Below are positions 48,947 through 60,329 of a stretch of DNA of 64,000 nt, piece by piece. The DNA is from Lama guanicoe (Eukaryota): the NCBI GenBank assembly GCA_013239625.1, contig MU053881.1, forward strand, positions 8,145,957 through 8,209,956, written 5' to 3'. The first letter of the stretch is position 1, and each line of letters opens with the position of its first letter. The notes under the pieces were generated by a model. The model was given only the letters and a program-made list of their open reading frames with translations. It was not told the origin of the DNA and made no database searches. A program made the translations under genes and the position numbers.

Positions 48947-51900
48947 GTAATCAGGTTACGGGGCTGGGCCCCACCTCCCGACTCCGAGCGCAGCAGCCCC
49001 GGGGAGGCCGGTAATCCAATCCGGAGGACGGCTAGCGCTGTAATGGCTCCTGGGGAGCATCTTTGCAAATTAAATTGGGGAAATTCAGTTAGCCCTGCAG
49101 AAAACCAATTAGCTTATGGATTTAAAATAAAACACACACACACAATAAAAGCATTGTGGGGAGGAGGGGTGGGCGATTTCAGAAGAGACAGAATGCAGGC
49201 AACGGCGCATCACTAGGGCTAGGGAGAAGCCAGGGGATGAGGCGGCCTTCATACATGTGCTCTTTAGAGGCTGTGATTTATTTATTTATTATTTAGTTTC
49301 CAAAGCATGCTCCCCAAGTGGCAGATAGAGAAATACATATATTCCAGGCCAGACTGTAGGAAGCATGGAATCTTGGGGGGGCTCTTATCCCCCCTCAAAC
49401 CACCTTTGGTACAGTCCTGAGACCAGAGTGGTATTACAGGTTTCCCAGGCATTTTTGCTATCTCCTCCGCCCCGACTGGTGCATTCTGATTATGGAGAGA
49501 ACAGCAAAGAGTTTTGCTTGGGAAGAAAGCAAAGCCCTGCTCTCTAGTTCCCAAGCGCTCTCTCTCTGGAAACCTGCCCCTCTGCCGCACCCAGAAATGA
49601 CACCGGGAGTGAATGGTAGGGGGAATACTCGGCTCGTCTTGGAAAGAGAAGTAGCTCTCCTTGACCCAAGAGCTGGATGAACAGGCGTTAAAAATGACTA
49701 CCATATGTGTCATTTGCTACTGGAAAAAAAGTCACCAAGCTGCCTGGTGCTCCCAGTGGTGAGAGTGTGATAGTATGGTGTGCTGAGGTGGGCTGGAACC
49801 AACCCTCACCATCTGTGTGTCAGTGAGAACTGTCCTTCTGCCCCGACCCAGAGCGTCTTATGGAAGTGAGTTTTCCTGGGAGAAGGCCAGCGTGGGCGCT
49901 GGCTGCGGGGAGGAGGCAGCAGACAGACTTCTGCTTCTTTCACGTAGTTCTTGTCCTCAGAGTCAGATTCTTCAGTCCGTGTCTCCAGAATGATAAACTT
50001 GAGCTATTTTATGTTTTTCAACAAAAGCAAATACCTCGAGAGGGCTTGGAGGTACCCCAGCGACTCTGTGGCAGTAGGAGACGTTGATCTCAGCTCGTCT
50101 TCCCCAGAATAACAATGTCAGTTACAAGAGCGGTTTCTTGCCCCGGACGAGCACTGTGCTGAGTGCTTCCGGTTTGATTTGCTTCCTCCAGTAGTCCTGT
50201 GAGATCAGCAGGAGAGCTCCCCTTTCTGCCGCAGAGGGAGCTGGGGATTCAGAGGTGAAGGGGCACAACAAGCAAACAGTGAAGGCAGGACCGGACCCCA
50301 GGTCTGGCTCGCTCCTCAACACTGCGCAGCGTGTAGGAGAGAAGGGCCTTTTGAGAAGGAGGCCCAGCTGCTTGGATGACCTTCTTCCCTGGTCTCATGG
50401 CCCCGCCCCCTCCCCCACCCCCTGACCGCTTTCCTTCAGGTCCTTCTTGGGGCTGGCAGCATCTCAGGGAGGAAGGTGCTCTCTCAGCCCAGAGCTGTCC
50501 CCTGAGGCACAACCATCCTTTCCCAAGGCTCTTTCCTCATGACTTACACCTCTTACTCGTTCTGCCCTCTCTCTTCCTACCCGTGTCCGGCCAGGGCTGA
50601 GTTAATTAGCTCTGGCCAGCAGTTGTGCTCAGGGAAGAGGGGTGCTAAGAGGCCAAGGAGGGCAGGGTGCTGTCTGCCATCCCTGACCCATCAGTCTCAC
50701 GGGGGTCCAGTCATGGTCTCAGGCTCCAGGTTGATGCCACATCTCTCGGGGGTAGGGCAGGGATGGAATCTGCCCAGGGTCCGAGGACTGGTGCCTCCCA
50801 GGGGCACGATCTTGTCAATTGCCTAGGCATGACTATAGGCTGAGGTTGGGGGCTGGGCAGAGACAGAACAAAGTAGGAGAGAGAGAGGAAACAGCAAGTA
50901 GACCTTGAAACAGTAGAGCTTGGTTCCAAGTCTCTGCCACTACTTGCCTGCCTTTGCACGGGCAGAATCCTGGCTCTTTTTCCCTATGTGGGGTAGGAAT
51001 GGTTGGAAATTTTAAAAAGAAACAAATAGGGAAAAGGAGCAGGGTCTTTGGATTGCCCTGTCTAAGTTAGCTTTTTAAAAAAAATCAATACTAAGCAGAA
51101 AGATTATTCCTATCAAGGCAGAGGAAGTTGGGGCTCTGGTGATCCTGACATATAACAATGTATATGCTCTCATTCTATGTAGCTGCAGACAGGAGAGGTA
51201 GAGAGAGCTAACTGCTGCTGAACTCCAAAGGCCTTGGCTTTGAGAGACACTGGGGCCCAGACCTGCTTAGCCTTGAGGGATACAGAGGCCATAGATCTAA
51301 AGCTCTGTGTTTCCAGGAAGCTGAAGAAGAAAGAAGGAGGAGCAGGTGACACGTACTGGATTTGACAGATAATAAGTCTGCGTTTTACTTCCCCCTAAGA
51401 GCACCCCCATTGCAAAGACAGCTGATGTAATTAGGAGCCAATTTGAGCGCTGCTCTTGCAACGCATAAAGCTCCTCCTTAGGCTGGGTGTCTGGCTTCCC
51501 AGCTGCCCCGTGTCTGCCTCTATCAGCTGCATCCGCTGCCCTGGGCAGCAAGACCGGGTTCGAGGTGAATGCTGCCGGCTAGGCTAATCTGATCATCAGA
51601 TTAAGTCCTCCTCAGAAGGCACCATCTGGCTGCCTGAGACCCCAAGCCCATCCTCCGGGGAGCACTTAGCGGTTGGAAAATGCTGTCTGCCTTCCACGAT
51701 GCCTCCCCACTTTGTGCGTGGAGACGGAGTTGGCGAGAAGAAAGGCGCAGGGTGTGGTGTGCTCCCTGCACTCAATGTGCCCGAGGAGAGCAGACAGCAC
51801 GACACGTCTCAGGGAATCACAGCTCTAAAGCCCTCAGAGGTCACCTGGTCTGCGCTAGAGAGGGAGAAACTGAGGCCCACCCAGCAGAAAAGTCTTATCT

Positions 51901-53419
51901 AAGGTTACAGAGTGGTATTTTCAAGACAAGACCTGCAACCCAGGACTTCTGACATACTGCGAAGATTCTTGATGACTTTCTTCCAGGCCCCTCCATTTCT
52001 TTCTGACAAGGGGAACCAAAGAGAAAGAGAAGGAAATTTTAAGGGGGGAAATTTTAAGAGAAGGAAATTTTGGGGGGCCGAGGCATGAAAGGGATGGATT
52101 TTCCCTGCTTTGGTACTAAGGGCCTGATCACACTTGAATACAAAATCCCCAAACCCGAGTGTTTACAGAGCCCTGCCTCTCTGGGGGTGCGTTGCAGGGA
52201 GTCAAAGCAAAATCTAAATTCCAGTGACCAACTCTAGTTGGGCAGATATGGGGGGCTTAGCAAGAGGTGGGGCCAGATCCACGGCTTTGGAGTGACCTTG
52301 ACTAACTGGTCAGTCGTCGCAGATGACCTCTATGCTGTCAAGGTTCTGCAACTGTCTTGTCCCCAAAACACAGTATGGGGGAACAGTGGCCCCATCCCTC
52401 CTGTCAGAGGGCAGGACAGGGAGGGTCCCAGTAACCTGGTGCTGACTCTGGTTTTTTTCAAGATGCACACATCTCCTCCCAATGGCGTGGGCAGAAGTTC
52501 ATAAAAACTGCCCCTGACCTGTTGCAGATAAGAATATAAAGGCTGGGTGCCCTCACCTGGGTCCATGGCGTCCAGAAAAGTTGGCTGCTGGTCCCCCCAG
52601 CCCACCCCGTGATTCACAGTCATGAAGGGAACTGGGAAATCAAGAAGGACCCTAGCATCTGGGTCTCCCCCCTTTTCTTCCTTCTCTTAACTCTGAAAGA
52701 GATTTCTCATCATGAGGGTCGCCGGTCACCTCCCCTGTGATCATAGTGATTGTGGGTTTCTCAGTCCCAAAGCCAGGGCCCCATGGCTTCCCCCACATTC
52801 TCCCTACTAGGAACATATATTTTCTCTCTGTGCCCCACTATACCTTTCTCTACTATACCTTGAGCGATCTAGAATGAACGTCTGTCAGCCAGAGGGTTTC
52901 TGGGGACCCTGAGGAGACATCAGAGGGACATTTTCTAAAGAAGAGCATTGCGGCTTTGCTAGACCACTGGGAACCACGGTCTGAGAACAGACTTCTCTGG
53001 ATCCACTCTGCTGGGGGATGGGTCCTATGTAGCAGAGAATGCAGAAGATGCTTCTGCTAAGTTTGACGTCTTGCCGGGTCCAGTGGTGTGGTTGAGCGGA
53101 GTCCAGAGGCTCAGTTCAGGCCTGTGATATGATCACAGACATTTGTGGTCATAATTACCTCCAGAAGAATCCTTTCTGTTCTGATACTCCTGAGTAGGGG
53201 GCGTCCAACCGTCTCCCACTCATTCTTCTCCATTCCTCCCATGTCTCCCCTGGGCGGGTACGAGGGTCGGGGGGGCTCCCGTCTCCGGAAGTGTTCCTGT
53301 GGAACCCCGCTCCTGGTACTAATCACGCAGTGGGGGCCTGCTCCGACTTCCGCTTCTCCACGCTGCTTCCTCTGAGCGCTCCTGTCCTCTCTCTGACGCT
53401 GCTTCCTGACCTTGACTCT

Positions 53420-53529
53420 GACCGGTCACCGCGGGGCTTTCCTTTGTGCTTGATCTAACCATGTGGTGGCACGATGGAAACGGAACATGGTTCTGTCAAG
53501 CACCGCGGAAAGCACCGCGCTCTCCTGCA
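53420..53529 (+). ncRNA. MIR218-2: microRNA precursor mir-218-2 (intronic)
   Basis: Exact mature miR-218-5p ttgtgcttgatctaaccatgt at 53444-53464; 3p arm catggttctgtcaagcaccgcg at 53486-53507 (paralog-2 type); lower stem gctttcc/ggaaagc; lies in the SLIT3 intron where this miRNA is known to reside. Confidence 0.98.
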
Positions 53530-56500
53530 GCATGGCCCGCCACCGCCGCCAACACCGCTGGACACCTCTTCTCTGCTCTGGAGCACCGCAGCCCACCACC
53601 TGCAGACCCACCTCTCCCGGGCTAGCCTCTCCAAGGGCAGGGGGGTGGGAGTCTCGAGGGCTTCACAGGGCACCTCCACCCCCTCCAGGTAGCAGATATG
53701 GGCTGAAATGGGGATGGAGAAACACACCAGGGCAAGCTGAGAACTGTATGCACATCTCCTGTCCCAGATGGGGTCGCCCTCCCCCACATCTAGTCTGGAT
53801 GCCAGCCAAGGGGTGAAGTCTGAGCTCAGAAACCACTGTTTTCCTTCCTTCACTTGAAGGGCGTGTAAACCCAAGGCATATTCCCATTGTTTTGTGGAAG
53901 AGTCCCAGCCCCAGGTCATTTTTGCAAGTGGTAGCTACCCCAAAGGTCACACGGCTAGTGGCCCACCCCCATTTTTCTTGGAAGCATTAGGGATTCGTGT
54001 GAGCATGAGAATGATGAACCTGGCGTGAGCCTGAGCCATGGGAGGTAGCCTGAGGCTCCTTCTGGAAGCCGATCCTCCCCTCCTGAGTACTTTGGCCCTG
54101 GCCCCCGTGCAGCCTGAAGTCCAGGCTGTTCCCTTGACCTTCCAAGCACAGTAAACGTGAGGCCACAGTGCCAGGCTCCTCGGTGGTGCTAGCTTAGTGC
54201 CACGTGGGGGCTGTGCAGAAACCCACTGCCTCTGATAGTGACAGAGAGGGGGTCTTGGCCCCTCTCATGCTGCTTTCTTCCTGATAAATCCTAGACGCGG
54301 TGTAACCAGAGATAGTGTTGTCGGTTCATGCCACGGAGGCCGTGTCCTGTCCTTCGTGGGAGAGGGCCATGGAGGGAACCAGACCCTGGCGTGAGCCCCA
54401 GAGCTGGGCTCTGGGCTCCCACGGTGATGTGTGACTCTCATTGCCTCCTGTCTCTCAGGTTAGCCGCAGAGCCAGGGGCCTAAACACTGCTGAGTAATGG
54501 AGAGCCCTGTGTACCTCTCTGAGCTTTTACCATATGTCGAGTATTCACTATAGACTATAGAATATTTACTAAGTCCCATTTTGCAGGTGAGCATATTGAG
54601 GCTCAGAGAAGTCAACTAACTTGGCCCAGGGTCATCTTACTCTGTAATACTCAGCCTTCCCAGCTATGGACAGCCCCATTGCCTTGAATTATAAACTCAA
54701 ACTTGACTTGATAGGGAGTCAAAAAAAATTTTTATAACACTCCCTTGCAAGCTTCCTTCTGTTAATAGAAAATGACTTGAGCCAGAAGGAGAGTACGCAT
54801 CTGTCTTCAAATGGCTCCTCGCCTCCAGCGTGAATGTACCAAGACCCATTGGTGCAGAACAGGTCCTCCAACCTGAAGAAGTTCCCTTTCCCTCTGAACA
54901 GAGAGGGCATTTTGAGTTCCTCGGCACTGCCCCACCATGCCAGGGCCAGGCCTTTGGGAGTGGGTCTACACGTTCCCTTCCGTGGGTGCCTCCCTGGTCC
55001 TCCAGCAGCTGGCTGTGAGCAGGCAACGGCCAGCTGCAGGCCACGGCCATTATCCTCTGCTTCCAGGCAGATGGCTGCGTTCATATTACTCTGAGAGGAA
55101 GAGCTTACTAGGATAGCCATCTGCCCAACCGACCTCCAAACTCCTGGTGAACAGTTGGTGTTTTCCAGCCACTGGTGTCTGGTCCCCTGGCCTTTGCCCA
55201 CAAGTGGGTAACTGTGTGCCTAGCCGTGTTCTCTTGATTCCACTCATTACCTGTGACCTTTGCTTATCTCTTCAAGCTGGCGGGCCTCCTACTCCCCCCA
55301 ATTTCTCTTTTTACTCCTTTCCTTCTTCTTTCATCCCGCCCATCTTAGGGACATTGGAGGTAAAAGAGGAGAACACTAGACACATGCAGGTCCTTGGTCC
55401 TCTCATAATGGTAGATCTGCGACTTCCATTCAACAGTGCTGGCCTCTGCAGCCAAGGCCAAGGCTATCCAAAGAATGGGAGCCTTGGCTCCCTACCTGCC
55501 CCAACCCCATAACCATCTAAATGTTGCATACATTCTCTCCTGGGAAGCGGCTGCAGGGCAGGGATTCAAAATAAAATTGCGTTGCTGTGGATTTCCACTC
55601 CCCTGGTCTATTAAAGTTTCTCTGTGCTCACGTACAAAGTGTTGTTGTTCTGAGCTGCCCGCCAAAGGGGGAGAGGGCTCCAGGGACCGGAGCAGGCAGG
55701 ATGCCAGGTGACATCAGCCATCCCAAGACCCGTTCGAGCCGGGGTCTGGTTTTATGGTGCTTATTCAAATCCTCTGAGATCTCTCCTGTCTGAACACCCC
55801 CAAAGAGAAGAGGCAACAGCCTATTTCAGTTACTCCTTTCCTCCCAAGTATTTCTGGCAGTGACAAATATGCATTGAGATTGAAATTGACTTTTAAAGCT
55901 CTGGAAAAGTTAAAAATACTTTTGGGTAGTTATGAGCATTAGGCATAACAAATGGCTCCGAGAAACCCTGGGTAGTTAGGGTAATGAAATATGAAGTGAT
56001 GGAGGTGGCATTTCAGGCTGGCTCTGACTGGGGAACGAACTTTTTCGGTTATGTACCTACGCCGTGATTAACATTTCTGGCTCCCACTCGTATAAAATCT
56101 CGCACTCCGACCCCCTCGTTATTACAAACCAGGGCAATAACAAAAACAGCAGGGGGAAAAATGTTGGAAAGAACACATTAGTCCATCGAATCTAATTGCA
56201 AAATCATTTCATTAAAATGGGTCAGCAGCTCCATTGCAGAGGTCATCCAGTTATAATCCAAGTATACTACAGAGAGCGATTCCTGCTAACTGCAGCCACT
56301 CTCACCTTGATTAAAACGAAAACGCATTTAATCGGCGGCTGTCCCCGGCCGCAGCCCAGCCGGTGCACATCTTCAGGCTCATCATGTCGGAGAGCAAACT
56401 GTGCTCCCTCCTGTCTTCCTGGCTTTGATCAGCATTCAGGGTTCCTCTGCTTTGCGAGGATCCTGTTGCAGACACCGTCTCAAGGAAAAATACATGCACA

Positions 56501-57104
56501 CGTATGAAAAACCCCTTCACGCCGTCACTGTGTGGAACCACCGTCAGGGAATTCGAGAGGGTTGTCATTTAGCAGGGTTTGCACAATGAAATTCTTCCAG
56601 GACTCCACACACTGATGTGTCTGGGAGAAAATGGCCCGAGTCAGAGTTATTCAGTGGGACGGATGCTGGCAAGCCAAAAGCAAGAGATTTGCATAACGCA
56701 TTGGACCAGGAAGCTGCCCAAATCACCAACCGGGGATACCTGCATGGGTTTTGTTCACATAAGCCTGGGGGTAGAAAGTGGGGTGAAGGAGGGGGATGAG
56801 GAAGGAGCAGAGAGGGAAAGGAGACAGGTCCAGGCCTGGATGTTCGGTTTTAGATAGATGATGTCACTTCAGAATCAGAGATCCACCAAGTTCATCCCAG
56901 ACCCGGAATTACCTAGGGAGAGCATGTGAGGAGTGAGAAGCCAAGAGGGCGGCACAGACGTCTGCTTCCTGTGTCCACGCTGCCCACTGCAGGAAAATGC
57001 CATTCAGTTCACCTCCACCAATTTGACTTTCTAATCATTCCTAGGACTGGGATAAAGGTTTTGTCCGAAGGTACATCTGCAGTAAAACAGAGTACTAATC
57101 ACAT

Positions 57105-57300
57105 GGGTCCTGACAGCAGCCTGCCTGGGTTGGTCTCTCTGCCACGTCGCGCATGACCTGCCAGCCTCAGTTTCCTCATCTATAAAGTGGAGTCATAATA
57201 ACCTCAGAGTGTTGCAAGGATTTAATGGGCTCACCCATTTGAAGTTCAAAGACTAGTACCCGGCCCGTGAGCCACACTCAGTAAATTGAGCTGTTATCAC
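57105..57300 (+). mobile_element. MIR SINE
   Basis: gcctcagtttcctcatctataaagtggagtcataataacctcagagtgttgcaaggatttaatg. Confidence 0.7.
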
Positions 57301-57736
57301 TGGCTATGCTGATGTTTTAACAGCCTCTGACGTGGCAAATGTTCCACTAGGTCCTAAGGAGAAACAGAAGCACAATCATCCATACGCCTCTTGACCCTTT
57401 CCCAGAGGCTCCCCACTGCCATGATCTTCCTCACATCTTCACAGCCCCGTGAGATGGGGGCAATTATTCAATTCCCATTTTACATGTGGAGAGACTGAGG
57501 CTAGTAAGTGGCAAAGCCTGGACAAACCCACGTCCTCTGCTGCGGAAACCTCTGTACTGCAGGTGCCCAGTTCTGCTCCAGATGCAGATACATAGTCAAG
57601 GTTGGCCTCAGCTAGCCAAACAAATGATGTTTACATTCTCTGAAACACCGCAGAAATACCCACATACAGGACAATGTATGTGCTGAGGACATGTATGCAC
57701 TGGACAAATGTGGGCCTGGCTTCTCTGCCTGGCCCT

Positions 57737-57833
57737 GTGCTGATGAAACATTGACGATGAAAATGAAGGTGCCCCGACCCCCGTCCCCTGGCTCCTGTCT
57801 GATAGGAGAACCAGCACTTCCCCGTTATCCCGG
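57737..57833 (+). repeat. dispersed direct repeat, copy 1 (upstream of exon 15)
   Basis: Aligns without gaps to 59006-59102, 87/97 identical by manual count. Confidence 0.9.
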
Positions 57834-58808
57834 ACGAGATCCGTGGTCTCCCAGAGGTCCCCCCAGGGGATCATCTCTCATCACTGAAGCAGCTCCCTAG
57901 GGCATCTCTGCCCTGTTGGTCCTCTTAACATTACTGTGTAACCTCGAGGGAAACTCAGTTTCGAAAAAAATTCAGTTTTAATCTTTGCTCCAACTACTCT
58001 TAGCTCATCAGAACTGGCTTTTCACTGTCGCTTTGAGAGCTTTGTCTTAAAGGCAGAAGGTACATCTGACCCTTACCAGAGTTGTGCTTGTCTTCACAGG
58101 GTTTTAAATTTGAATTCATTACCAATATTCAAAAAAAAAAAGATTTTCAGGCAACCCTGAGCCAAATTCCCAAGCATCAGGGCAATGGGCTTCACTTCCC
58201 CAGGTCCCCAGCTCCCATCATTGCCTTCCCAGTGTTGAAGCCAGCGGTCAGCGGTCAGTGGTCAGTGATCGCCGTGTGCTGGGCCCCTTTATCATTTCAT
58301 TACCTGCTTTGTCCCTGAAGACAACCAAGTCTGTGACCCCCTCCCCTACCTCCTTCCCACCCCAGGCATAGCTCCATCAAAACCCCATCCAGATCTCTTC
58401 ATTTGGATTTTCGTGAACATTTAGAGGGTCCGTGGATGATGGGCATCACAGATCAAGTAGCCTCCCCGCTAATTCTGTACACAAGGGCCTAGGAGCATGT
58501 CTCTGAGAACACCTATAACTTTCATCAACTTCTCGAAAAGGTCCGTGACCCACAAAAGCTTAAGAGCCCACAGAGCTTGAGCCGTGAGGACTGAAAGTGA
58601 AGAATGACAAAGACCAAATGGGAAGCCAGTGGCCTGGGAGGCTGGGGGGCAGGGAAGGCCTCCGCAAGGTGGCCGCAAAGTGAAGGCAATGCTGTGTCTG
58701 TCACTGGACCCTCCCCCTGCCTTGTGTCTCCCCTCCCCCGCTGCCCACAACCTCGCTGCTCCGTCAGAGAACCGGGGTCTCTAACGCGCCCTCTTTGGCC
58801 CCACCCAG

Positions 58809-58959
58809 GCTCGGAGGATTACCGCAGCAGGTTCAGCAGCGAGTGCTTCATGGACCTCGTCTGCCCCGAGAAGTGCCGCTGCGAGGGCACCATCGTGGAC
58901 TGCTCCAACCAGAAGCTGGCCCGCATCCCCAGCCACCTGCCCGAATACGTCACCGACCT
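58809..58959 (+). CDS. SLIT3: SLIT3 exon (inferred exon 15), LRRNT cap of D3
   Basis: cacccag| acceptor, 151 nt, |gtgagt donor; (G)[49 protein letters not shown](L) (also in ORF 58604..58963). Confidence 0.97.
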
Positions 58960-59005
58960 GTGAGTGCTGCCTGGGCACGAGCCCCTGCGTGTCCCCACAC
59001 ACCCA

Positions 59006-59102
59006 GTGCTGACGAAACACTGAAGGTGAAAATGAAGGAGCCCTGACCCCCGTCCCCTGGCTCCTGTCTGATAGGAAAACCAGAGCTTCCCCGGTATCCC
59101 GG
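59006..59102 (+). repeat. dispersed direct repeat, copy 2 (46 nt downstream of exon 15)
   Basis: Aligns without gaps to 57737-57833, 87/97 identical by manual count. Confidence 0.9.
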
Positions 59103-60254
59103 GTGTGGTCTCCTAGAAGGTGGCCCCCTCCTGGCTCGGTCACCCACCCGGGCACCCCTTGGCTGTCCTCTATGTCCTGGGCCGAGGGCAGACCCCCACC
59201 CAGGCATCCCCCTGGGGGCATCTTGCTCGCAGATAAAGACAGTTTGTTCACTCTACGAGATTTGCCAAACACCCACCGTGAGTCAGGCACTGTGCTGGGC
59301 CCACCGGTTTCCACAGTGGACAAAGCAGACCATCCCTCCTAGCCTTTAGGAAGCTTAGCACGTAACTAGAAAGATGGGTGTTACATAAGTGACTGTCATA
59401 AAGTGAGAAGACAGTGAGAATGATTAGCTCCATGTGGGCCTCCAGTTATCCCTGCTAACAGAGGTGCGCTGGTTTATCCAGAAGTGCAACCAGAGCTCCA
59501 AACTTACAGCATGAGGGGGAGGAGGGCACGGCTGGTGGGGACTGACGGACCAGCACCTGACTCCTGTCTTCTCCAGTTTTCCTGAGACTGGGCAAGTCGC
59601 TTCTCAGATCTGAGCGTCAGCGCCTGAGCTGAGAATGGAGGTGACGATACGTGCCCCCCACGGGGGTTTGGAAGGTTTAAGTAAGAGAATGCAAGCACAG
59701 ACTTCATCTCGAATCCTGGTGTGGAGTAAACCCTGCGTAAATGATGCTGGTCTTTATTATGATTGTTACTATTCTCTTTGACTTTACAAATCATGGCAAG
59801 GCACAGCCTTTTCGGTCTCCTGCTCTGCCTGCTCTCGTATGAATGTTGGGCATAGAGTCTCTGCGCTGCCCGTCGCAGAGGGGCCGTGGTCAGGAAAGAG
59901 CCCAGTGGCTTGGAGAGGTGGATGAACCTGGGAGTCTTAAGTTGTCATTGGTACCCCTGCAAAATGAAGGCAGATTATTGGCCCTGGGTTGTTGCAGTGC
60001 TGAGTACTCAGAATGCTGAATCCACCTTCATCAGGAGGCTTCCTCCAGGCGGAGGAGCCTGGGCTCCCGTCCCGCCCCTTGGCACACTCCTCTTGTCACC
60101 GAGGCGCACCGGGAGTGTCTGCAGAGCTACTGACCTGGGCCGAGTGTGAGGTCCTGGTGGCGTCTCAGCTGAAGCCATGGGGGCCTGGGGGCCTGTGGAG
60201 GTGGCGCCCCATCCGCAGCTGACCCACCGCCGCCTCTGCTTGCTTCCCACGTAG

Positions 60255-60329
60255 GCGACTGAACGACAATGAGATATCTGTTCTGGAGGCTACCAGTATC
60301 TTCAAGAAGCTGCCCAACCTGCGGAAAAT
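60255..60329 (+). CDS. SLIT3: SLIT3 exon (inferred exon 16), first LRR of D3
   Basis: ctgac branch-like motif then cacgtag| acceptor, 75 nt, |gtaagt donor; [24 protein letters not shown]. Confidence 0.96.

Noticed and set aside
53521..53530. Acceptor-like ctcctgcag just after the miRNA hairpin (mirtron or cryptic exon)
   Set aside because: The hairpin has a normal lower stem for Drosha cleavage and its arms do not end at splice sites; the downstream sequence encodes nothing Slit-like.
58781..59323. 180-aa minus-strand ORF that shares a peptide with ORF 57608..57874
   Set aside because: Antisense shadow of exon 15; the shared peptide simply reflects the 97-bp DNA direct repeat.
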